Source: Macrostomum lignano
Lineage: Eukaryota
Assembly (NCBI GenBank): GCA_002269645.1
Contig: NIVC01000282.1
Span: 310,001 to 374,000 of the forward strand
Length of the DNA stretch: 64,000 bases
Reading direction: 5' to 3'
Below, in pieces: positions 23,819-36,200 of this stretch. Within the stretch, counting starts at the first letter, position 1. Each line of letters opens with the position of its first letter. The notes beneath the pieces were generated by a model. That model ran no database searches, was not told the origin of the DNA, and saw nothing but the letters and a program-made list of their open reading frames with translations. Position numbers and translations under genes: made by a program.

Positions 23819-26800
23819 CTAGTTGCCAGCAGTAGTAGTGCTAGCAGTTGAAGTAGCAGATGAAGCGGCAGTAGAAGCAGCGGTAGCGACAGCAGCGGCG
23901 GCGGCGACGGCGGCGGCTTGTTCAACACACAGACTGCAGGACCAGTTACCCTCGGGCGGTTCAGTCAGCGGCGGCTTCAAGCAGAACATGTGGTAGCCCC
24001 GGTCGCAGTCGTCGCAGAACAGCATCTGATCGTCGTCCTCGGAGGTGCCGCACATCCAGCAGGTTTTGCACTCGATGCACTGCCACCGATAGTTGGTGCT
24101 GGCCGAGGCCATGGCCGCGGTGAACTGCAGGCAGGCGTGATGGGCAGAGCGGCCGCAATCGGCGCAGGTTGCCATGGCAACTGATGAACCAGCCGGGGCG
24201 GCTGGCGATGAGTCGGCGGCTTCTTTTCGTACAATAATATGCTCGTTGCCGCCGCACAGATCGCACGGCTTGTTGCCGGGGGGAATATTTGCAGCAGCAG
24301 CAGCAGCAGCACCAGCCGAGGTCGGCGCAGTTGAGGCGTCGGCTGCATCGATTTGAGGCGGCCCGATTGAAGAAGAGCTGCCGCCACCGCCCATGCCGTT
24401 GCCGCCAGCGCCGCCGCCGCTGCTGCCGCCAGGTCCGGGCGTGGAAGCGGCGGAAGCGGACTCAACAGCAGAGACGGTCTGGGCGAGCTGAGTTCATGTT
24501 GGATTGTTGCAGAAATTGGGAGAGTGGACGGGGGCGGAGGCGGTTAAAGGCTGTGTGTACGTACTTCTGGTGGTTTAACAGAACAGTAAAGGAGACCATT
24601 GGGCGCATCTGCACACACTGCCGCCCTAGAGCTTCAGGAATTGGTGATAATCCCAATGAAAACGGTACCTACGCCAAGAAGCATCCCAGAGTCACTTGCG
24701 TTGCCCCACAGTCATTTCAGAGTCAACTTGAGCCGTTTTTATAACGACTCTGGGGCCGTAGAGTCCTATCTGAGGCGTGCTTGAGTCGCTAAGATGCGTT
24801 TAGAGCGCCAACAAAACGACTCTTGGAAGACTTTCTTGCGACTCTTATGATTCTGCAACTCCCGTGATGCGCTCGTGACTCAACAGTCACCTCTCAGTTG
24901 CATTGCAGTCGTTTGAGTCATTACAAAGTCACCACAGAAGTCGCCAGGGTCACTAGTGAGTTGTTTTCAATAACTCTTTAGCGATTTTTGTCACAGTAAC
25001 GTTTTCAACGGGAATGAGTCAGATTAGGAATTGGTGATAATGAGTCAGAGTAGGAATTGCTGATAATGAGTCAGAGTAGGAATGGGTGATAATGAGTCAG
25101 AGTAGGAATTGGTGATAATGAGTCAGATTAGGAATTGGTGATAATGAGTCAGATTAGGAATTGGTGATAATGAGTCAGAGTAGGAATTGGTGATAATGAG
25201 TCAGAGTAGGAATTGCTGATAATGAGTCAGAGTAGGAATTGCTGATAATGAGTCAGAGTAGGAATTGCTGATAATGAGTCAGAGTAGGAATTGCTGATAA
25301 TGAGTCAGAGTAGGAATTGCTGATAATGAGTCAGAGTAGGAATTGCTGATAATGAGTCAGAGTAGAAATGGGTGATAATGAGTCAGAGTAGGAATTGGTG
25401 ATAATGAGTCAGAGTAGGAATGGGTGATAATGAGTCAGAGTAGAAATGGGTGATAATGAGTCAGAGTAGAAATGGGTGATAATGAGTCAGAGTAGGAATT
25501 GGTGATAATGAGTCAGAGTAGGAATTGGTGATAATGAGTCAGAGTAGGAATTGGTGATAATGAGTCAGAGTAGGAATTGATGATAATGAGTCAGAGTAGG
25601 AATTGATGATAATGAGTCAGAGTAGGAATTGATGATAATGAGTCAGAGTAGGAATTGATGATAATGAGTCAGAGTAGGAATTGGTGATAATGAGTCAGAG
25701 TAGGAATTGATGATAATGAGTCAGAGTAGGAATTGATGATAATGAGTCAGAGTAGGAATTGGTGATAATGAGTCAGAGTAGGAATTGATGATAATGAGTC
25801 AGAGTAGGAATTGATGATAATGAGTCAGAGTAGGAATTGATGATAATGAGTCAGAGTAGGAATTGATGATAATGAGTCAGAGTAGGAATTGGTGATAATG
25901 AGTCAGAGTAGAAATGGGTGATAATGAGTCAGAGTAGGAATTGGTGATAATGAGTCAGAGTAGGAATTGATGATAATGAGTCAGAGTAGGAATTGGTGAT
26001 AATGAGTCAGAGTAGGAATTGATGATAATGAGTCAGAGTAGGAATTGATGATAATGAGTCAGAGTAGAAATGGGTGATAATGAGTCAGAGTAGGAATTGG
26101 TGATAATGAGTCAGAGTAGGAATGGGTGATAATGAGTCAGAGTAGGAATGGGTGATAATGAGTCAGAGTAGAAATGGGTGATAATGAGTCAGAGTAGGAA
26201 TTGGTGATAATGAGTCAGAGTAGGAATGGGTGATAATGAGTCAGAGTAGAAATGGGTGATAATGAGTCAGAGTAGAAATGGGTGATAATGAGTCAGAGTA
26301 GGAATTGGTGATAATGAGTCAGAGTAGGAATTGGTGATAATGAGTCAGAGTAGGAATTGGTGATAATGAGTCAGAGTAGGAATTGATGATAATGAGTCAG
26401 AGTAGGAATTGATGATAATGAGTCAGAGTAGGAATTGATGATAATGAGTCAGAGTAGGAATTGATGATAATGAGTCAGAGTAGGAATTGATGATAATGAG
26501 TCAGAGTAGGAATTGGTGATAATGAGTCAGAGTAGGAATGGGTGATAATGAGTCAGAGTAGGAATTGATGATAATGAGTCAGAGTAGGAATTGATGATAA
26601 TGAGTCAGAGTAGGAATTGGTGATAATGAGTCAGAGTAGGAATTGCTGATAATGAGTCAGAGTAGGAATGGGTGATAATGAGTCAGAGTAGGAATTGGTG
26701 ATAATGAGTCAGAGTAGGAATTGATGATAATGAGTCAGAGTAGAAATGGGTGATAATGAGTCAGAGTAGGAATTGGTGATAATGAGTCAGAGTAGGAATT

Positions 26801-29800
26801 GATGATAATGAGTCAGAGTAGGAATTGATGATAATGAGTCAGAGTAGAAATGGGTGATAATGAGTCAGAGTAGGAATGGGTGATAATGAGTCAGAGTAGA
26901 AATGGGTGATAATGAGTCAGAGTAGAAATGGGTGATAATGAGTCAGAGTAGGAATTGATGATAATGAGTCAGAGTAGGAACTGGTGATAATGAGTCAGAG
27001 TAGGAATTGATGATAATGAGTCAGAGTAGGAATTGGTGATAATGAGTCAGAGTAGAAATGGGTGATAATGAGTCAGAGTAGGAATTGATGATAATGAGTC
27101 AGAGTAGGAATTGATGATAATGAGCCGGTTTTGTTGCTGGTGAATAGCACACTTCACAGATGCAGAAAACAACAAAATATTTAGACTGCAATTCAAATAA
27201 TCCCATTGGTTTGTTTTACCGAACAATGGAAAACCCAAAAGCCACAGGACAAACAGACAAGACAGATAGGACAATGCTCAAGTTTGTGTCGAGTTGAGAG
27301 TCTACAATCTAGGCGTGGACACAATTGCTAGAAATATGAGTAGAACCAGTATCATAGCAAAAAACTGTTACTAGAACGCGACTGCCAAGTACGCTATGCA
27401 CTTCAATTTTTGTCTAGTAATCATATGTTTATTATGCTTTTGCTCGTCTTTCTGTGATTTTCAACTTTGACAGCAAAAACTAAACAGTAAACGTGATTTA
27501 TTATTATTATTATTAGCAGTAGTAAACGAATTAACAATCAAACTGAGACAACAGGCGGTTGCCAGAATCTATTGTACAAAGCTGGGTGGTTGCTCGTAAA
27601 AATAACTATAACAGTACACGTGTACTTTATAACGAATTGAAGCATAGAAGTTTACCTGAACATTAACTAATTATCATTACTGGAAAAATATTCTTGAAGC
27701 ACCGGAGAAGAGCACTGAAATTATTCGCGAAAAAAAACCTCCATAAACTACTGGTAAGGCCTACTGCGATGGCGTCAGACCAGGATGAAGGAGCAGAATG
27801 GATTGCTAATCTAGAAGCCAATGTGAATGGATTGCTAATCTAGAAGCCAATGTGAATGGATTGCTAATCTAGAAGCCAATGTGAATGGATTGCTAATCTA
27901 GTAGCCAATGTGAATGGATTGCTAATCTAGTAGCCAATGTGAATGGATTGCTAATCTAGAAGCCAATGTGAATGGATTGCTAATCTAGAAGCCAATGTGA
28001 ATGGATTGCTAATCTAGAAGCCAATGTGAATGGATTGCTAATCTAGTAGCCAATGTGAATGGATTGCTAATCTAGTAGCCAATGTGAATGGATTGCTAAT
28101 CTAGAAGCCAATGTGAATGGATTGCTAATCTAGAAGCCAATGTGAATGGATTGCTAATCTAGAAGCCAATGTGAATGGATTGCTAATCTAGTAGCCAATG
28201 TGAATGGATTGCTAATCTAGAAGCCAATGTGAATGGATTGCTAATCTAGAAGCCAATGTGAATGGATTGCTAATCTAGAAGCCAATGTGAATGGATTGCT
28301 AATCTAGAAGCCAATGTGAATGGAGCAGAATGGATTGCTAATCTAGTAGCCAATGTGAATGGATTGCTAATCTAGAAGCCAATGTGAATGGATTGCTAAT
28401 CTAGAAGCCAATGTGAATGGATTGCTAATCTAGAAGCCAATGTGAATGGATTGCTAATCTAGAAGCCAATGTGAATGGAGCAGAATGGATTGCTAATCTA
28501 GTAGCCAATGTGAATGGATTGCTAATCTAGAAGCCAATGTGAATGGATTGCTAATCTAGAAGCCAATGTGAATGGATTGCTAATCTAGCAGCCAATGTGA
28601 ATGGAGTAGAATGGATTGCTAATCTAGCCAATGTGAATGGAGTAGAATGGATTGCTAATCTAGCCAATGTGAATGGAGTAGAATGGATTGCTAATCTAGC
28701 CAATGTGAATGGATTAGAATGGATTGCTAATCTAGCCAATTTGAATTAAGTAAAATAGATTGCTAATCTAGCAGCCAATGTGAATGGAGTAGAATGGATT
28801 GCTAATCTAGCCAATGTGAATGGAGTAGAATGGATTGCTAATCTAGCCAATGTGAATGGAGTAGAATAAATTGCTAATCTAGCCTATGTGAATGAATGAA
28901 CAGAATGGATTGCTAATCTAGCCAACGTGAATCAATGAACAGAATGGATTGCTAATCTAGCCAATGTGAATGAATGAAAAGAATGGATTGCTAATATAGC
29001 GAACAGCTAAAAACTCTTACCGGCAGCTCCGGCTGAAGTGACGGCATTGACAGAACCGACGAACTCCGCGAAGTCTGCCGTCGAGACGACGAACCCTTGG
29101 CTGCACCGCCGCCGCGGCGTCGGCCGCCACCGGAAGCGACAGCGTTGGCGGCAACAGCGGCAGCTTTCCGACCGCCGTAGCGACGCTTGCCTCCGCCTTC
29201 GCCTCCTCTGCCGCCGCCGCCCTCCCTGCCAGCGGAGTAGCCGAACGTGTCGTCCCAGTCGGAATTGGCGTCGGAAAATTCGTCGTCTCCGCCGGCGTTG
29301 CCAGCCGAATTCGACATAAACTGCTGCTGTTGCTGATGATGATGCTGGAACTGCTGTTGATGAAGCGACGTAGCCGACGATGACGGCATGTCGCCGTCAA
29401 GCACGGCCGGACTGCTGGCCGAATCGGTCGGGTCGTAGGCGCTGACGGGCAGGCGATTCAGCGACACCAGAGGGTGGCCGGGGTGCTGCTGAAGATGGCG
29501 AGGCATTTCATTGGCTATTAGATAGGCACAGAGCAACAATTAAATAACTAATTAGATGACGAGTAAAAAGTGTTATTACAAACAGTCATAGTTACTCTCC
29601 CTATTTACCCTAGAGAACTAACGCAACAGTTTCCAAACTGCTGCGAATTACGAGTACATGACGAGGCATTAAAATATGCTTAGGCGGGCATAGTTACTCC
29701 CAAAATTTACCTAAACAAGGATTATCCCACTCACCCGCATCAACTGCTGCATAGCAACCGCCGAGTCCGGCCCGCTAGCCGCCAAATCGTTGGCGCCATT

Positions 29801-30085
29801 CTCTCCAACACGTTTGCGTTTTTTCAGCCAACGAGCAGCGGGATAGCGCCAGACTAGGTGCGGCTGATCGGGCGCCAGGCGCTCCTTGGTGCTGCGATAG
29901 AGTCGGCAGGGCTTCTGCGCTACGCCCGAGGCCGGGTCCAGATAAGGCAGGTGAGCTCGCCTGGACTGCAGTCGGCTGGTATTGAACGACGAGGCGCCCG
30001 AGATGAACCGCTCGTAGTCCGGCGTGCCCCGCTCTAGGGCGTAGCCGCGTAGACTGCTGTGAGCAGCTGCTGAGCCAGTAATCAT
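23819..30085 (-). CDS. DPF2: d4/Requiem family double-PHD finger protein (DPF1/2/3-like BAF subunit, about 495 aa)
   Basis: Exons 30085-29735, about 29488-29021, about 24487-23819. Requiem N-domain ([12 protein letters not shown]...[11 protein letters not shown]) and tandem PHD ([15 protein letters not shown]...[51 protein letters not shown]). Acceptors of exons 2 and 3 have in-phase alternatives. The symbol is family-level. Confidence 0.9.
24652..25012. mobile_element. Non-autonomous DNA transposon (MITE) with CCC-type TIRs and a 3-bp TSD; CACTA/EnSpm-like by inference
   Basis: Left end CCCAATGAAAACG, right end CGTTTTCAACGGG. AAT is duplicated at 24649-24651 and 25013-25015. A related copy lies at about 42790-43329. 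Confidence 0.75.
25013..27125. repeat. 26-bp minisatellite (aatgagtcagagtaggaattggtgat), about 2.1 kb
   Basis: DPF intron 2. Variation is limited to a few unit types. Confidence 0.97.
27790..28990. repeat. 29-bp minisatellite (tggattgctaatctagaagccaatgtgaa)
   Basis: DPF intron 2. Confidence 0.95.
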
Positions 30086-30179
30086 GGAGATGGTCTATTG
30101 CTGAAAAGTACAGTGTGTACTTGGATGCTGTGTTCCATTAAAGCTCAAATTTTGGTTGTCTAAAATGACTCAAAGTATG

Positions 30180-32435
30180 AAGTTCACTCGGGTAATTGGG
30201 TCATTGTACTAAAGTTCACTCAGGTAATTGGGTCATTGTACTAAAGTTCACTCAGGTAATTGGGTCATTGTACTAAAGTTCACTCAGGTAATTGGGTCAT
30301 TGTACTAAAGTTCACTCAGGTAATTGGGTCATTGTACTAAAGTTCACTCAGGTAATTGGGTCATTGTACTAAAGTTCACTCAGGTAATTGGGTCATTGTA
30401 CTAAAGTTCACTCAGGTAATTGGGTCATTGTACTAAAGTTCACTCAGGTAATTGGGTCATTGTACTAAAGTTCACTCAGGTAATTGGGTCATTGTACTAA
30501 AGAATTACTCAGGTAATTGGGTCATTGTACTAAAGTTCATTCAGGTAATTGGGTCATTGTACTAAAGTTCACTCAGGTAATTGGGTCATTGTACTAAAGA
30601 ATTACCCAGGTAATTGGGTCATTGTACTAAAGAATTACTCAGGTAATTGGGTCATTGTACTAAAGAATTACTCAGGTAATTAAGTCATTGTACTAAAGAA
30701 TTACTCAGGTAATTGGGTCATTGTACTAAAGTTCATTCAGGTAATTGGGTCATTGTACTAAAGTTCACTCAGGTAATTGGGTCATTGTACTAAAGTTCAC
30801 TCAGGTAATTGGGTCATTGTACTAAAGAATTACTCAGGTAATTGGGTCATTGTACTAAAGTTCACTCAGGTAATTGGGTCATTGTACTAAAGTTCACTCA
30901 GGTAATTGGGTCATTGTACTAAAGAATTACTCAGGTAATTGGGTCATTGTACTAAAGTTCATTCAGGTAATTGGGTCATTGTACTAAAGTTCACTCAGGT
31001 AATTGGGTCATTGTACTAAAGAATTACTCAGGTAATTGGGTCATTGTACTAAAGAATTACTCAGGTAATTGGGTCATTGTACTAAAGAATTACTCAGGTA
31101 ATTGGGTCATTGTACTAAATAATTACTCAGGTAATTGGGTCATTGTACTAAAGTTCACTCAGGTAATTGGGTCATTGTACTAAAGTTCACTCAGGTAATT
31201 GGGTCATTGTACTAAAGTTCATTCAGGTAATTGGGTCATTGTACTAAAGAATTACTCAGGTAATTGGGTCATTGTACTAAAGTTCATTCAGGTAATTGGG
31301 TCATTGTACGAAAGAATTACTCAGGTAATTGGGTCATTGTACTAAAGAATTACTCAGGTAATTGGGTCATTGTACTAAAGTTCACTCAGGTAATTGGGTC
31401 ATTGTACTAAAGAATTACTCAGGTAATTAGGTCATTCTACGAAAGTTCACTCAGGTAGTTGGGTCATTGTACTAAAGTTCACTCGGGTAATTGGGTCATT
31501 GTACTAAAGTTCACTCAGGTAATTGGGTCATTGTACTAAAGTTCATTCAGGTAATTGGGTCATTGTACTAAAGTTCATTCAGGTAATTGGGTCATTGTAC
31601 TAAAGTTCATTCAGGTAATTGGGTCATCATTGTACTAAAGTTCATTCAGGTAATTGGGTCATCATTGTACTAAAGTTCATACAGGTAATTGGGTCATTGT
31701 ACTAAAGTTCATTCAGGTAATTGGGTCATCATTGTACTAAAGTTCATTCAGGTAATTGGGTCATCATTGTACTAAAGTTCATTCAGGTAATTGGGTCATC
31801 ATTGTACTAAAGTTCATACAGGTAATTGGGTCATTGTACTAAAGTTCACTCAGGTAGTTGGGTAATTGTACTAAAGTTCACTCAGGTAATTGGGTCATTG
31901 TACTAAAGTTCATACAGATAATTGGGTCATTGTACTAAAGTTCACTCAGGTAGTTGGGTAATTGTACTAAAGTTCATACAGATAATTGGGTCATTGTACT
32001 AAAGTTCACTCAGGTAATTGGGTCATCATTGTACTAAAGTTCACTCAGGTAATTGGGTCATCATTGTACTAAAGTTCACTCAGGTAATTGGGTCATCAGT
32101 GTACTAAAGTTCACTCAGGTAGTTGGGTCATTGTACTAAAGTTCACTCAGGTAGTTGGGTCATTGTACTAAAGTTCATTCAGGTAATTGGGTCATCATTG
32201 TACTAAAGTTCACTCAGGTAATTGGGTCATCATTGTACTAAAGTTCACTCAGGTAATTGGGTCATCAGTGTACTAAAGTTCACTCAGGTAGTTGGGTCAT
32301 TGTACTAAAGTTCATTCAGGTAATTGGGTCATTGTACTAAAGTTCATTCAGGTAATTGGGTCATCATTGTACTAAAGTTCACTCAGGTAATTGGGTCATC
32401 AGTGTACTAAAGTTCATACAGGTAATTGGGTCACT
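30180..32435. repeat. 32/33-bp minisatellite (ggtaattgggtcattgtactaaagttcactca), about 2.2 kb
   Basis: Upstream of the DPF ATG, probably in a 5' UTR intron. The unit junction contains CAG|GTAATT on +. Confidence 0.97.
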
Positions 32436-33206
32436 TAATTAGGTAATCAGATAATGGCACTAAGGGTCATTTAATAATGCACTTACTCTTAATGAGAATA
32501 ATATAATTAACTAAATAAATGATGACAGAAAACAAACAATGCACGCTAATAATATATAATAATCTCCATATAATTTAACAGTGGTTGCTATGAGCTCTTA
32601 GCGATGTCGGGCATTTGAATAATTAAATTAAATATTAAAAGGGCCAGATACCTGAAGCTACGGGGAGATGACAACAAAGAGAATTAAAGGAAAGACAAAA
32701 TTTTTGACGCAGATTGAAAGAGATGCATAAATTCAGAATCTAATAGCTTAGTAAATAGAATCAGTTTAGAGACCAGTTACTACTTGCATCTAACTAAGTA
32801 GTATAGCAGGGAAATTTTACATTAGAACCAGTTTGATTTGAACAACAGTACATTTTAAAAAACGAAGTTCTGCTAATCACATATTCTACTAGCCAATTAA
32901 ATATTCAATAAGTACACCGAAGCATTAGATGACAGTGTAAGCTGCCGTTTAGTATTGGCACAAGGTGCAACAAGTCAGGATATAACAGTGAAACAAATAC
33001 AGACTATAGAGCGATAAATTAATAATCAGACAAAAAATTGAAATCCAGCCAAGTTGAAAAAAACGAACGAATTCTCTACAAGAAAATTTTTTTAAAGAAA
33101 TTAAATTTACCAAACCAAAAAAGCAAATAAAATGCTTGATATAATAATATATTAATGCAGAATTCAGTTGCTATGGCAAAATCAGTTAAAATCCAAGGGC
33201 CGATGT

Positions 33207-36200
33207 TTAACAGCCGGTGCCCACCGGAGTGTCGCACAGGTCGCATGACGGAGGCTTCAACAGCAGTTTCAGCCGCATGGGGTCGTCTTTGCTCAGGCAG
33301 CTGGACACGACCACCTCTATGGTGGACATTGGGCACAGCGTCAGGTGGTGGCTGGCCGAGTGGCAGCCGTTGAAGTGCAGACTGAGCTGGCCGCAGCCCT
33401 GTGGAGGGGTTCAAGTGCGACTGTAGATGGAGGCAACTGAGGATCTGGGAGGCTGGCCCAGCAACTGGGGATCTGGGAGGCTGGCCCAGCAACTGAGGAT
33501 CTGGGAGGTTGGCCCAGCAACTGAGGATCTGGGAGGCTGGCCCAGCAACTGAGGATCTGGGAGGTTGGCCAAGCAACTGAGGATCTGGGAGGCTGGCCCA
33601 GCAACTGGGGATCTGGGAGGCTGGCCCAGCAACTGAGGATCTGGGAGGCTGGCCCAGCAACTGAGGATCTGGGAGGTTGGCCCAGCAACTGAGGATCTGG
33701 GAGGCTGGCCCAGCAACTGGGGATCTGGGAGGCTGGCCCAGCAACTGAGGATCTGGGAGGCTGGCCCAGCAACTGGGGATCTGGGAGGCTGGCAAGCAAC
33801 TGGGGATCTGGGAGGCTGGCCCTGAGGATCTGGGAGGCTGGCCCAGCAACTAGGGATCTGGGAGGCTGGCCCAGCAACTGAGGATCTGGGAGGCTGGCCA
33901 AGCAACTGAGGATCTGGGAGGCTGGCCCAGCAACTGGGGATCTGGGAGGCTGGCCCAGCAACTGAGGATCTGGGAGGCTGGCCCAGCAACTGAGGATCTG
34001 GGAGGTTGGCCCAGCAACTGAGGATCTGGGAGGCTGGCCCAGCAACTGGGGATCTGGGAGGCTGGCCCAGCAACTGAGGATCTGGGAGGCTGGCCCAGCA
34101 ACTGGGGATCTGGGCGGCTGGCCCAGCAACTGGGGATCTGGGAGGCTGGCCCAGCAACTGAGGATCTGGGAGGCTGGCCCAGCAACTGGGGATCTGGGCG
34201 GCTGGCCCAGCAACTGGGGATCTGGGCGGCTGGCAAGCAACTGGGGATCTGGGCGGCTGGCCCAGCAACTGGGGATCTGGGAGGCTGGCAAGCAACTGGG
34301 GATCTGGGAGGCTGGCCCTGAGGATCTGGGAGGCTGGCCCAGCAACTAGGGATCTGGGAGGCTGGCCCAGCAACTGAGGATCTGGGAGGCTGGCCCAGCA
34401 ACTGAGGATCTGGGAGGCTGGCCCAGCAACTGAGGATCTGGGAGGCTGGCCCAGCAACTGGGGATCTGGGAGGCTGGCCCAGCAACTGGGGATCTGGGCG
34501 GCTGGCAAGCAACTGGGGATCTGGGAGGCTGGCCCAGCAACTGGGGATCTGGGCGGCTGGCAAGCAACTGGGGATCTGGGAGGCTGGCCCAGCAACTGGG
34601 GATCTGGCTTGTGTTTGCCAAAGCAGGAAGAGGCTAATCCGACCCCACCTGCACAGCGCCAGCCCTGAACTCGTGCGACTTGCGCAGCATTGGCGCCTGC
34701 TGATCCATGTAGAGGCGGCGCACCAGTCCGCAGCGGGTGAGCAGGACGTCCATGGCTTTGTCCAGGACGCCAATAACAACGCCGACTTCGTCTAGGGGGC
34801 CGTTAGCAATCACAAAGGCGGCATAGTGCAAGTCAATGCTCCGCTCGCCGGCCTCCTTGGCGTCCTTCTTTTTCTTGTTGCAGACTTGCGCCTGGTCTGT
34901 TAGGCTCTCAACAGTCTCTGCCTGGAGATTTTTTATGGTAGCATGACGTTAAAGGTAAGAATTAGCTTCTTTGCATAATAGCTAATGATTAATGAGGATG
35001 GGTTAATGATAAGAATAAATATTATTCATTTTTCAATACTACTTGCAGTAGTAGGTTAGCTAAAACACTAAATTCATTTTCAATACTACTTGCAGTAGTA
35101 GGTTAGCTAAAACACTAAATTAATTTTCAATACTACTTGCAGTAGTAGGTTAGCTAAAACACTAAATTCATTTTCAATACTACTTGCAGTAGTAGGTTAG
35201 CTAAAACACTAAATTCATTTTCAATACTACTTGCAGTAGTAGGCTAGCTAAAACACTAAATTCATTTTCAATACTACTTGCAGTAGTAGGCTAGCTAAAA
35301 CACTAAATTCATCTTCAATACTACTTGCAGTAGTAGGTTAGCTAAAACACTAAATTCATTTTCAATACTACTTGCAGTAGTAGGCTAGCTAAAACACTAA
35401 ATTCATTTTCAATACTACTTGCAGTAGTAGGCTAGCTAAAACACTAAATTCATTTTCAATACTACTTGTAGTAGTAGGCTAGCTAAAACACCAAATTTAG
35501 TTTGAATACTACTTGAAGTAGTAGGTTAGCTAAAAAACAACACTACTAAAGCAGAATGATAAAATAGAGCACAACAGAGACAACATGCCGCACCAGCTGA
35601 ACAACAGACTGGTCCAGCTCGAGGCCGGAGTCGCTGCACACCGCGGCGCACAGCTGCCTGTGCACGACAACATCCGCGTAGCGACGTATCGGAGACGTGA
35701 AGTGGGTGTAGAGCGGCACATTCAGAGCGTAGTGCCGCCACAGCTCCGGATGCTTAGCGGAGCCGATGCAGAAGTACTTGGCAAGCTGCATTTGCTTTGC
35801 GCACAGGCTTAGCAAGCAGAGGTGCTGCTCGGAGTCCAGTACCTGTGCGGCCTGCAGTTTTTAATGGGGCGAACAAATTGGGGTTAAGAAGGTTGTGGGA
35901 TACTTTTTGGGTAGTTTCAACGGGTAGTTTGGGAAGCTTTTGTTAGTAGTTTGGAGGATTTTCTTCGGGTAGTTTTGAGAGATGCTTTGCGGCAGTTTTG
36001 AGAGATGCTTTGCGGCAGATTTGAGACATTCTTTGCGGCAGTTTTGAGAGATGCTTTGCAGCAGTTTTGAGAGGTGCTTTCCGGCAGATTTGAGACATTC
36101 TTTGCGCAGTTTTGAGAGATGATTTGCAGCAGTTTTGAGAGGTGCTTTCCGGCAGATTTGAGACATTCTTTGCGGCAGTTTTGAGAGATGCTTTGCAGCA

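Noticed and set aside
25013-32435. CRISPR-like appearance of the long 26-33-bp arrays
   Set aside because: Units are directly tandem with no unique spacers, no cas genes are present, and the context is eukaryotic and intronic.
32652-32657. 6-nt microexon (ag|cttcag|gt)
   Set aside because: It lies outside any coding region and is better explained as tandem acceptors of a UTR exon.
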